Positions 27,730-36,336 of a DNA stretch of 64,000 nucleotides are shown one piece after another. The position numbers and the translations under genes were made by a program. A model generated the notes under the pieces. The model did not search any database, was not told where the DNA came from, and saw only the letters and a program-made list of their open reading frames with translations. The DNA is from Abditibacterium sp. (GTDB lineage Bacteria; Armatimonadota; Abditibacteriia; Abditibacteriales; Abditibacteriaceae): contig CBDASK010000003.1 in the NCBI GenBank assembly GCA_965199495.1, positions 416,001 to 480,000 of the forward strand, in the 5' to 3' direction. Each line of letters opens with the position of its first letter. Position 1 is the stretch's first letter.

Positions 27730-28850
27730 CCCGCGCGGGTGGGAGTTTGTGTGGCTGCTGACGCCGGAGCCGGAGTTGAAGCAGACTCGATTTCAAAACC
27801 AGAGCTACCGATGTTCACGACCATCGGTTTAGGTGCTGTTGGCGAAGGATGCTCCATCGTAACTTTGAACTGCCCATTAACACGATTGATGTTTTCGACG
27901 TGATAATTTTTGGATTGAAAGTGAGGCGGCTGCGTTTGCTCCTGACTCATCACGCGTTCGCTGGTGGAAATAACCAAAGCTCGCTCCGACGCCATTTCAA
28001 ACCATTCTTTGATCAGGGGTTTGGGCACTGTTTTCGTTGCACCTTTGATGTCGCTCAAAGATTTGTAGCTACAATGATGAGGCAACTTGAAAACATCGAA
28101 CTCCAAGCGGTGCTGGTTACCATGCTTTTTGGATATGCTCACGATATCCTCCATTGAGACCCATGTGGTATCGCCACCAAAAATCACCCTTGTTTCAACG
28201 CCGCCACTCACAAAAACGGTCTGCATCACAATGGAATCTTGATTGCGATCTTCGACTTCTCGTTCGTTAATCCGGTGGGCGTGCGGCGAGTGCAGAAAGA
28301 ACTCGACTTTATCCTCATCTTTGGTAAAGCCCTCGATAGTCTGGCCCGCATCGGTAATAAGATGTTTGCGCGATTCCAGTGTCAAACCTTCGCCTTCGAG
28401 CCACTGTTTCAAACGCGCGGGTCGCCCAAAGACGCGAATGCCTTCACCTTTTTTGAGCCGGTGTCTGGCCTCAGCGCGCCAAATGCGCGAGTCGTCCTCG
28501 ACGCCAGCCTCAGTGATTGCGCCAGAAGGCACCCACAGCGTTTTGATTTTGTAGCGGCCTTCGCCCTGGTATTTTTGTGCGTGTTCCAGATGGAAGAAGT
28601 CGGCTGCTCCCGCAATATGATCGTTGTCGATATGGGTGATACAGAAAACATCGACATCGGTTCTCTTCTTGGCTGCCAGCTTCGCCGAAATATCCGATTT
28701 GATGTCCCATCTCAAGTCAAACTTATTGGTTGAACTCTTGACGTTCGCGTAATCAAGGACAAAAACTCGGTCGAGACCCGAAACGGTCTCCTCGAAGTCA
28801 ATGAAAAGAGTGTCGGCGTTGCCAAGAGGATAAAAGGTGAGTTGGTGCAT
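27726..28850 (-). CDS. Metallo-beta-lactamase fold (ComEC-like) protein with C-terminal Gly tail
   Basis: YPLGNAD, ITHIDNDHIAG, NQDSIV, FGGD, KLPHHCS; flexible tail ending ...TPTRAG; overlaps the E2-E1-JAB gene by 4 nt. Confidence 0.88.
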   Translation of the reverse strand: MHQLTFYPLGNADTLFIDFEETVSGLDRVFVLDYANVKSSTNKFDLRWDIKSDISAKLAAKKRTDVDVFCITHIDNDHIAGAADFFHLEHAQKYQGEGRYKIKTLWVPSGAITEAGVEDDSRIWRAEARHRLKKGEGIRVFGRPARLKQWLEGEGLTLESRKHLITDAGQTIEGFTKDEDKVEFFLHSPHAHRINEREVEDRNQDSIVMQTVFVSGGVETRVIFGGDTTWVSMEDIVSISKKHGNQHRLEFDVFKLPHHCSYKSLSDIKGATKTVPKPLIKEWFEMASERALVISTSERVMSQEQTQPPHFQSKNYHVENINRVNGQFKVTMEHPSPTAPKPMVVNIGSSGFEIESASTPAPASAATQTPTRAG

Positions 28851-29026
28851 AGTGAGTTATTTCTGAATTGATCCCGCTTAACGCAAAGATAAATACAATT
28901 ATAGCACATCAGGGGCCATTTATTCGGTTTCAGTGACCTGTATGAATACTTTGTCGCGTTTTCATCGTTAAAGAGCAATAGAAAATTACTATAAGAGGTT
29001 GAGGTTTCTTTGCCGCGAGCGAGTAT

Positions 29027-29743
29027 TTACAAATCTTCAATGGCTTCCAGCAGACGTAAAGCGTAAGCCTCTGCTCCAAGCCTCACGAAATTCTCGTTAA
29101 CAACAAAAAACCAAACTACAAAAGCGAGAATACACGCTCCCAAACTGAAAAGAGTTAATGGATTGGCAACTGTTACGCCATTAAAATCTCGGTAGAGCTT
29201 GAAACCTGACAAGGCGATCCCGCTTAGAGAAGAAGCGATCCCGTAATGGCGTAAGCCATAAAGGTTGCGCCGAAATCCGTAATTCATGTTTTCTTCTTTA
29301 ACTAATGGAAACTTTTTATCGTCACGCGTTAACCGGAGAAGAAAATTTCCACAAGAACGATACTGTTCATCGGCGGCGGCATGATCGTGGATTTCCTGCT
29401 GTGGAGTTGGAATTTGAACGTTCTCAATCGCTCGCTGGAGTTTGGCGTGATAGCGTTCTTTGGTAACTCGATCAATCGCAATGTCATTGTGCCTCAACAT
29501 CAAAACAGACGGTAAACCACCCCACTTTTGAACCAGTTGAGACTCCGCCTTCTTGCCAGCATCACGGGCAATAGAAATCAAAATAAATAGCACTCCGGCA
29601 GATACAGCCACGCCCGTCACGGGTTCGGCCAGGCTCTTGATGTTTGGCACCCAGGCAAGAAGGCCAAACAAAACAGGAAGTAGCGTCAAAAGCGCCGGAG
29701 AAAGCCTGGCTCGCAGATTATAAGCATCCATCAATTTGTTCAT
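29027..29743 (-). CDS. Four-TM membrane protein with central soluble domain
   Basis: Two N-terminal and two C-terminal hydrophobic helices flanking ..GGLPS..ENMNYGFRRNL; co-oriented upstream of the MBL gene; AT-rich. Confidence 0.75.
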   Translation of the reverse strand: MNKLMDAYNLRARLSPALLTLLPVLFGLLAWVPNIKSLAEPVTGVAVSAGVLFILISIARDAGKKAESQLVQKWGGLPSVLMLRHNDIAIDRVTKERYHAKLQRAIENVQIPTPQQEIHDHAAADEQYRSCGNFLLRLTRDDKKFPLVKEENMNYGFRRNLYGLRHYGIASSLSGIALSGFKLYRDFNGVTVANPLTLFSLGACILAFVVWFFVVNENFVRLGAEAYALRLLEAIEDL

Positions 29744-29895
29744 TGTCTTACATGAAGCATACGCTTCGTGATCATGTTAGTATCTCAATTTACTCTACCA
29801 TAATTGGTTTTCAGGTCAGTAACTCAACATTCATTTTTTCGTCAGCACAAGTTCATAAAGATGAGCTATGATGAAGTGAGTTCGGTTTTTGTTCG

Positions 29896-29913
29896 CGTTG
29901 CGTCCATGCAACA
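29896..29913. promoter_or_regulatory. Palindromic operator GTTG-N8-CAAC (upstream of XRE regulator)
   Basis: CGTTG CGTCCATG CAACA. Confidence 0.6.
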
Positions 29914-29978
29914 CCATGAGCCAATGTCTTCTGCCCGACTTAATGTAGGGACATCAAGCAAACATAAACCGAACGCTC

Positions 29979-30458
29979 ATGTCTTCATCCACGTTGGCCG
30001 TATTTTCTGCGGCCCCAACTAATCCACTTTCCATGCCTCGGTCTGCGCCGACTAAAATTAACGGCTCACAAGTCCACAATCGTATCATGGCGCTAATGGC
30101 GCACACAACTCGCTATGCGTTTCAGGGCGAAACACGCTTGGCCAATGATGCGGGCGTATCCAAATCCGCCGTTTCGCGTTTACTGACTGGTCAATCCAGT
30201 CCGTCTTTTGCGTTGGTCGTCGCTCTGACCAAAGCGTTAGAAAAGCGACTGGGGCGCCCCCTCGATCCGCGTGACCTGATTTCGCTGGACGGTAATTATC
30301 CGACGGCTTCCGCCTGCGAGTTAGCGGGTTGCAGAGGGTGTCTGCCAGCCGAAGCCTACGACAAACACAACCGGATCAAACCAGAATACAAAGACATAAA
30401 GCCGGGACAGTGGGCGGTTTCTTTGGATGCAACCGGCGCAATGAAGGAGGTTCGATGA
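29979..30458 (+). CDS. XRE-family HTH transcriptional regulator
   Basis: RLANDAGVSKSAVSRLLTGQSSPS HTH; C-terminal C..AGCRGC cluster; start uncertain. Confidence 0.8.
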   Translation: MSSSTLAVFSAAPTNPLSMPRSAPTKINGSQVHNRIMALMAHTTRYAFQGETRLANDAGVSKSAVSRLLTGQSSPSFALVVALTKALEKRLGRPLDPRDLISLDGNYPTASACELAGCRGCLPAEAYDKHNRIKPEYKDIKPGQWAVSLDATGAMKEVR

Positions 30459-31132
30459 GTCGCGTAGAAGATGCGGTGTCTCTCGCCGCTTTACTGGCAA
30501 CGCCTACACTCATTTTGCCGATGATCTTGTTACTGAATAGAAAAACTCAGACAGACATAGCTTCCACCAAACCGGAAAGTCCGACACCGCTGCCAGATTT
30601 TCACGAGAAATTCCAAGCTCAACTGCTCGACCTAAGCATCCAAAGTTATGAACAGCTCATCGCTCAGGTGCTACGCGCTGTCGGCTACGAGAACGTGCGC
30701 GTGTTGCGCGATCCGCGTCCTGCGAGGCGCTCTCACAAAGGGCGCAATCGGCACGGCGGTTTTGACATTACCGCTCTGGTCAGCACCGAATTCGATACGC
30801 AACCGATTTTGGTTCAAGTCAAACAATATCAGCGCCCGATCTCACGCCGGTTCGTTGACGAACTGCGCGGCGCGCTGCTGCGCACGCAGGCTCGTCAAGG
30901 TTTGCTGATTACCACTTCGACGTTTGCGCCACGCGCGCACCAAGCGGCCAGCGAAGATCATATCGGGCCGATTCACTTGATTGACGGTTCGGGTTTGCGC
31001 GATCTTTTGGTGCGCCACCGATTGGGAGTTGGTGAAAACAAGCGCGGAAAACTTTATCTGCAAAAACGCTTCTTTCGGCGCTTGGAACACTTCGTTACCC
31101 GCGCTACGGAGGCGACCTGGGAGCAAGTGTGA
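30455..31132 (+). CDS. Mrr-family restriction endonuclease (catalytic domain)
   Basis: YEQLIAQVL..GY, GGFDI, VQVKQY, GLLITTSTF..A, LIDG..L; AAGGAGG RBS before ATG 30455. Confidence 0.85.
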   Translation: MSRVEDAVSLAALLATPTLILPMILLLNRKTQTDIASTKPESPTPLPDFHEKFQAQLLDLSIQSYEQLIAQVLRAVGYENVRVLRDPRPARRSHKGRNRHGGFDITALVSTEFDTQPILVQVKQYQRPISRRFVDELRGALLRTQARQGLLITTSTFAPRAHQAASEDHIGPIHLIDGSGLRDLLVRHRLGVGENKRGKLYLQKRFFRRLEHFVTRATEATWEQV

Positions 31133-31656
31133 TGGGCCGAACTCACGCTCTCGCGGGCGTGGCTTCTTTGTGGTGTCTGCAACTGTTCCCTGCGGTTGTC
31201 CAGCCCGACTTACTGGCTCCTTTGAGTCTCTTGGCAGCATTGGGAGCGCTACTCCCTGATTTGGACGCGTCCCAATCACAAATCAAGTATTTGTCTTTCG
31301 CTGGTATCACGCCGTTCGTGCCCCTGGCTTCGCTGCTCAACCGCAGATTGGGACATCGCGGTTTATTGCATTCCGCTTTGGGCTGGGGCATCGTTTCCTT
31401 CTTGCTGCTGCCACTTTCTTTTCTCGGAGGCATTGCGGTTCCTCTGGCACTTTCTTTGGGATATGCCAGCCATCTGGCGACCGACGCTTGCACCAAAAGC
31501 GGCATTCCATTTTTGTATCCCAAACGCAAACGCTATCACCTGTTGCCACGCCCGTTGCGCCTGACGACCGGCTCGATGGCCGAAGATGCGGTCTTTGCGA
31601 TCTCCGCCGTTTTGGTGGCGGGACTGATGCTGCGTCAACTTCCGTTTCTCTCTTAA
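31129..31656 (+). CDS. YdjM-like membrane metal-dependent hydrolase
   Basis: MMGRTH, GALLPDLD, GHRGLLHS, GYASHLATDACT..GIP..YP. Confidence 0.88.
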   Translation: MMGRTHALAGVASLWCLQLFPAVVQPDLLAPLSLLAALGALLPDLDASQSQIKYLSFAGITPFVPLASLLNRRLGHRGLLHSALGWGIVSFLLLPLSFLGGIAVPLALSLGYASHLATDACTKSGIPFLYPKRKRYHLLPRPLRLTTGSMAEDAVFAISAVLVAGLMLRQLPFLS

Positions 31657-31795
31657 CACGACAAAAGTCGCCTTCCGCAAGCGGATAAGCGACCTTCCCC
31701 GGCTCCTTGTCCAAGAGTGGGTCAGCCGAGGCTGCCGCGCTCTCAGACCGGTCTGCCCTTTCAATTTATCCAATCCGCAAAGTCAAAGCTCATCG

Positions 31796-31813
31796 TGTCG
31801 CGTGTCGGCAACT
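31796..31813. promoter_or_regulatory. One-mismatch copy of GTTG-N8-CAAC upstream of rep-like gene
   Basis: TGTCG CGTGTCGG CAACT. Confidence 0.4.
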
Positions 31814-31843
31814 TCTGATTTATTTCTAATTTTAGTCATCCCT

Positions 31844-32689
31844 ATGATGTTTCCTCTCTTCCGCTACAACTCGGATCAAGAAGAACCCACTCAACCGCCT
31901 TTGAGTATTTTGGTGATGCCACGAGACGTAGGGCGAGAAGGAGCCTGGCGTCCTGACGCACTTATAGCACTGACCAAAACGTTGCGAACATCGGGCTTTT
32001 TAATGGCCATGCCACCCGAAGATCTAAAGAGTCTGTTATTTATGCTGACCTTCCTCTCGCCCAATGGTCACTGCACGGTGATGGTGCAGCAGTTGGCGAC
32101 GGCCTTTCACCTCTCTCCGCACAAGGCGCGCGCACGCATGAACCGATTAGTTGATTTTCGCTGGTTGGAGCAGCCGATTATTCGTTACCACAAGACCGAA
32201 AGCGGTGTAGAAACTTACGCGTTGATGCCAGGATTTCTACCGGTTGTGGAAGAGCGCCCTCAACCTCCCAAGACGCCGAAGCTGAAAGCGGTTCCGCGCG
32301 AAGTGATTATCGAACACTCGCGCCGGAAGTATGCTCGCACACGAGCCGAAGTCGAAGCAGAAATCGCACAACTTAATAATTGGAAACCCATCGGCGATAA
32401 AGCTGAAGTCAAACCCCTTGATCCACAGGTCGCCAAAGTGCGTGAGGAACTCATTAAAATCGGTCTTCTGACGCAGCAAGCGGATGATCTGCTGGATCGT
32501 TACGATCTCCCGCGCATCAAGCGACAGTTAGAATGGCTCCCGCAACGAGAAGCGCGCAGTCCCGTCGGATTCCTGTTGTCGGCCATCAATAACGACTACG
32601 AAGCGCCGCCTGGCTGGAAACCGGACGAACCACAAAAAGCGGTCGAACAGCCTCAAGAACTCTCCGAAGATGATGAATTCGACTGGTGA
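31844..32689 (+). CDS. Putative replication-associated wHTH protein
   Basis: Central wHTH-like region and C-terminal ...QLEWL..R..SPVGFLLSAI..DY motif typical of Rep C-termini. Confidence 0.55.
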   Translation: MMFPLFRYNSDQEEPTQPPLSILVMPRDVGREGAWRPDALIALTKTLRTSGFLMAMPPEDLKSLLFMLTFLSPNGHCTVMVQQLATAFHLSPHKARARMNRLVDFRWLEQPIIRYHKTESGVETYALMPGFLPVVEERPQPPKTPKLKAVPREVIIEHSRRKYARTRAEVEAEIAQLNNWKPIGDKAEVKPLDPQVAKVREELIKIGLLTQQADDLLDRYDLPRIKRQLEWLPQREARSPVGFLLSAINNDYEAPPGWKPDEPQKAVEQPQELSEDDEFDW

Positions 32690-33203
32690 GTCGTCGGGAA
32701 TGCCAGCTCCTTTCACCGCCATTCCCAACGCTCTCATAGATAAAGTAATGCCCAAGCTCAAAGACACAGAGTGGCGTTTGCTGTGCGTAATCGCGCGGCA
32801 AACTTTGGGTTGGGTTGAAAAAGGTGGAGGTCGCAAACAACGTGACTGGATGAGCCAAAGTCAACTCATCGCCAAAACCGGACGTAACAGCGCGGCCTTG
32901 AGTGCCGCGCTCGATGTTTTGGTGCGTGAAAATCTGATCGAGTGTCAGGCTGAAAGCGGCGAATCATTAGCCACGCCAGAACAGCGTCGTAGACATCGCG
33001 GGCGCGTATATTTCAGCCTATTACCCCAGCAGATGCAATCCGCGAAAAGTGAACTTCAAAAAGCGAATAGGACAAAAGAAAGGGAAGACAAAAGAAACCT
33101 TTTATATATGGAAGAGCAAAAATCCGTTCGTCGTTATAGCGGTTGGACTCCTGCTGGAGACGTAGCAAGAAGTCGAGTTGCCAAGATCGAAACGTCTCAA
33201 TAA
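32670..33203 (+). CDS. Phage replication protein O-like N-terminal HTH protein
   Basis: FTAIPNALID..L..TEWRLLCVIARQTLGW..DWMSQSQL..KTG. Confidence 0.75.
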   Translation: MMNSTGESSGMPAPFTAIPNALIDKVMPKLKDTEWRLLCVIARQTLGWVEKGGGRKQRDWMSQSQLIAKTGRNSAALSAALDVLVRENLIECQAESGESLATPEQRRRHRGRVYFSLLPQQMQSAKSELQKANRTKEREDKRNLLYMEEQKSVRRYSGWTPAGDVARSRVAKIETSQ

Positions 33204-33217
33204 ATAGGAATTTTCGC

Positions 33218-34306
33218 CTATCCTTTAAGATCACGGAGCAGACGCTCAAATTGCTGATCGTAAGTCTTCTTTTTCCGCCATTGGTTAAAATCTGGAATAT
33301 GCAACGCTCTCACATATCTCACCCAGTCTTCGCGCCATTCTCCGCTTTCCAACTTCTGATCTGCCAGTTGAAGTATTTCTTCGCCGAGTATGAAGTCGTC
33401 TAAACGCACTGGAAACAACTTTTGTGAGCCAGTCTCTCGCCCTCGCTCAATCGCGTCGAAGATTTCCGAGACGACGTTTGGCCGAAGCAGAGATTGATTC
33501 GAACACACAAGAATCAGCTTTTTGTGCTTGCTGATTTCCGTGCTGATTTGCGCTCTCCAGGGTTTCCCGCCTTTGAGATCGTGCTTGTAATGCCAGCAGT
33601 TGATGTTGTGACTCAACAGATCTTCTCGCAGACGGTCAGCAAAGGCTCCATCCTTCTCGGCATGAGACAAAAAACAGGAATTATAAACGGCGGGGCCATG
33701 AATCCTACGAAGCTGGCGGAGTTCATCTTTTGAGTAGCCCATGCCCTCCAAAAACATATCGGGCAAACCATTTATGCTGTTGCGAAACGTAAATTGGTCT
33801 ATGGAAGATAAGCCAGGATGAAGCAGCGAATCCAAGCCGTTGGCTTTGTGCAAATCACTACAAAGTTGAAACTGAGTCGCCAGCAGACGCACGCGATCCA
33901 AGTTTGCGCCCGATAGATAAACATTAAGTAGCTTGGCATCCTCCAGGTTGGCTGCGGTTAGATTCGCATCCGTGAAATTAGCGTTATCCAAAACAGTATG
34001 CGACAGGTCTGCGCCACTCCATTGGCTTGCCTGACACTGCGCCCCCGTTAGAACTGCACCTGCGGCGCGCACATTGGTAAAATCCGCCCTCTGTAACTCT
34101 GCATTATAGAAGTCGCATCCTTCTAAATTAGCACCAGCGAAGCTGGCTTCTCGTGCATCTGCCAAGATGAATTGTGCCCGGCGCAAATCCGCGCCTTGGA
34201 AATTGGCGAATTGAAGATTCCTCCCCTCGAAGTTGGCGCCCTCCAACGAGGGCGCGTCGATTTCCATGAGCGCCTCTCCGGTGCTTCGATGACGAATAGA
34301 AATCAT
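33218..34306 (-). CDS. Pentapeptide-repeat + TIR domain protein
   Basis: About 25 A(N/D)(L/F)xx repeats, then CFLSHAEKD..FADRL..DL, LILVCS..SL..VVSEI, LFPVRLDD. Confidence 0.9.
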   Translation of the reverse strand: MISIRHRSTGEALMEIDAPSLEGANFEGRNLQFANFQGADLRRAQFILADAREASFAGANLEGCDFYNAELQRADFTNVRAAGAVLTGAQCQASQWSGADLSHTVLDNANFTDANLTAANLEDAKLLNVYLSGANLDRVRLLATQFQLCSDLHKANGLDSLLHPGLSSIDQFTFRNSINGLPDMFLEGMGYSKDELRQLRRIHGPAVYNSCFLSHAEKDGAFADRLREDLLSHNINCWHYKHDLKGGKPWRAQISTEISKHKKLILVCSNQSLLRPNVVSEIFDAIERGRETGSQKLFPVRLDDFILGEEILQLADQKLESGEWREDWVRYVRALHIPDFNQWRKKKTYDQQFERLLRDLKG

Positions 34307-34389
34307 GAGGAATCTGAGTAGCCACTGACTGTTGACACAACTCCTTTTTTTCTGCTACGGTGCGCTTACCTTGAAGGAGGTAACGCAAC

Positions 34390-34710
34390 ATGAAAGAAAG
34401 TCTTCCAGAATACAAAGCGAATCTTCAGTCTACAGAACGTTCAGCCCATGAGCAGGAGCGTTTATCAGCCGATTGGAGCGAAAGTCAACGCAAAGCTGTT
34501 GTCATTGCGTTGGCATTACACATGAGAAAAGCCGCTGAGGGTGGCGGCGATCCTTATTACACGCTTTCCGCTTCGTCAGAAGTTATCTTACAGGTTTTGA
34601 CCGAGGACGCTGATTTCCTGCAATCGAACCGACAAGTTATTTTACAAGGACTGGACGAGTCCCAAATCCAACGATTCAGGGACGAACTCGAAGCATCGCC
34701 ATCGGATTGA
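34390..34710 (+). CDS. Hypothetical protein
   Basis: AAGGAGG RBS, 106 aa, followed by a terminator. Confidence 0.65.
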   Translation: MKESLPEYKANLQSTERSAHEQERLSADWSESQRKAVVIALALHMRKAAEGGGDPYYTLSASSEVILQVLTEDADFLQSNRQVILQGLDESQIQRFRDELEASPSD

Positions 34711-34743
34711 TTGCTCCGCCAGTAAACGCGATTGTCTGTCCTA

Positions 34744-34771
34744 AAGAGGAGTCTTTCTCCTCTTCTTTTTT
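34744..34771 (+). terminator. Rho-independent terminator
   Basis: AAGAGGAG-TCTTT-CTCCTCTT then T run. Confidence 0.7.
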
Positions 34772-34785
34772 CGTATAAATTTCGA

Positions 34786-34803
34786 TGTTGTCTGCGCGCA
34801 ACA
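34786..34803. promoter_or_regulatory. Palindromic operator GTTG-N8-CAAC (upstream of DUF6166 fusion gene)
   Basis: TGTTG TCTGCGCG CAACA. Confidence 0.65.
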
Positions 34804-34896
34804 CAACGAGATTTGAGCCTACTCATCTGTTACTTTGAGTGAGCAAAGAGAAGCCTGCACCGGCTAAATCACGCTCTTTGACAACAGGAGAAAGGA

Positions 34897-36081
34897 ATGT
34901 CTACACGAGCCGCACTCGCTCGACTCACCTGCGTCTCGCCCGTGAAATGGGCCGGACGCTACCACCATTGGGACGGCTATCCATCTGGATTAGGCGCGAC
35001 CCTGTGGGAAATGTATCACGGCCACTTCAAACACGACCTCGACCCGATGCTTAAGGTATTGCTCGATGATCATCCCGCCGGATGGTCGTCGCTCAATGCC
35101 GCCGACTTCGATCAAGAACCTGGCTTTGCCGATTCACTGGATTCGAGCAACCAATCCGCCGACCAACCGCAATGTTACTGTCACGGCGACCGCCAAGAAA
35201 CAGAATGGCTCGTCACTGATGAGAACGCTTCCGGCTCCGGTTGTGAATGGGCCTATGTCTTCACCTCGGCCAAGGCGAACGATGGCACTCAGCACAACAC
35301 CATGCTCGTGCTGTCGTCTTACTCGCCCTATGGCAAGATGATCGGAATGTTTGGCATGGGCGATGACGAAGCTATCTGGCCCGTCGTCGCTGTTGTGAAC
35401 TTGAAAGGTGAAGAGCCGAATTGGGAACAGATCGAAACGGCTACACCGCTCGATCCAATGTTCCCGCTCGATGATTACGCTCGCCGAGAATCCTCAAAAT
35501 CTCTTCATATCTGTCGAGATTGGGGACGACGTGGCATCTATCAAGTGTGCTTCAAAGGAGAAGTGTTGCACTACGTTCACGTCAGCACAGACGAGGTCGG
35601 AAATCGACAAATCTTCTGCACCTGTGCGACACCAGAAGACGCGGAGTCGCCCGACTGCGCTCACTCTCAAGCCGTTCTCGCACATTTGGAAACGCAACAC
35701 GCGAAGGCCAAGTCGCGCCAAGAGCGCGGATTGGAATATAGCGGTTCGCGTGTCCAGACAGGCGAAGAGCAGACGCAGGTCATGGCCATCGTCTGGGAAG
35801 CGGGTCAGCCACGGCTACTTGATCCCCGTCCCAGCCAACAACTGCACAACCATTCGCCTTCGGGATTTGAATGGGGTTATGACGGCAGCGGCCCAGCGCA
35901 ACTCGCGCTGGCAATGCTGCTCGACTTCTCCGGCGATGAAGAACTCGCTTTGAATAACTATCAAGCGTTTAAATCCCAGTTCATCGCGTCACTCTCGCAA
36001 GAAGATACGCAGTGGACGATCACCGGCAGCGACATCGCTGCTTTTCTGCACCAGCGTTCGATTCGGCATTCGCCCGATTGA
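34897..36081 (+). CDS. Multidomain mobile-element protein (YxHxDGYP domain + SWIM-like finger + DUF6166-like)
   Basis: MSTR...YHHWDGYP..LG; CTC...CAH; NHSPSGFEWGYDGSGPAQLALAML. Confidence 0.75.
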   Translation: MSTRAALARLTCVSPVKWAGRYHHWDGYPSGLGATLWEMYHGHFKHDLDPMLKVLLDDHPAGWSSLNAADFDQEPGFADSLDSSNQSADQPQCYCHGDRQETEWLVTDENASGSGCEWAYVFTSAKANDGTQHNTMLVLSSYSPYGKMIGMFGMGDDEAIWPVVAVVNLKGEEPNWEQIETATPLDPMFPLDDYARRESSKSLHICRDWGRRGIYQVCFKGEVLHYVHVSTDEVGNRQIFCTCATPEDAESPDCAHSQAVLAHLETQHAKAKSRQERGLEYSGSRVQTGEEQTQVMAIVWEAGQPRLLDPRPSQQLHNHSPSGFEWGYDGSGPAQLALAMLLDFSGDEELALNNYQAFKSQFIASLSQEDTQWTITGSDIAAFLHQRSIRHSPD

Positions 36082-36094
36082 AACGCCTACTATC

Positions 36095-36127
36095 CAGCCC
36101 ACTCGTTATGCGAGTGGGCTGTTTTTT
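36095..36127 (+). terminator. Rho-independent terminator
   Basis: CAGCCCACTCG-TTATG-CGAGTGGGCTG then TTTTTT. Confidence 0.85.
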
Positions 36128-36336
36128 GGCAGTCAATTCCACCCCAGCTTCAACTTGTTTACTTCGTGTTTATGTTCCCTTGAAAAGAAACGATTTTTCC
36201 TTACTTGGTGGGCGGATAATTTCCGAGTTACACCTTCCGCAAACGCCGATGCCCCGCCGTTGCAGTGGAGAAAGCTGCAACTACGGGGCACCGTGCGCTA
36301 AATATATTCAGCGTTTTAACGCCAAGTCTTCGGACA

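Larger units (their letters stand above)
1..36130. mobile_element. Integrative mobilizable element / genomic island (boundaries not defined)
   Basis: Two serine integrases, T4CP + relaxase, ParB, DUF932, rep-like genes, defence cargo and shared operators; att sites not identified. Confidence 0.7.

Noticed and set aside
25453..29743. CBASS
   Set aside because: A Cap2/Cap3-like fusion is present but no CD-NTase.
32670..33203. Prophage
   Set aside because: A replication-O-like gene only; no structural, terminase or lysis genes.
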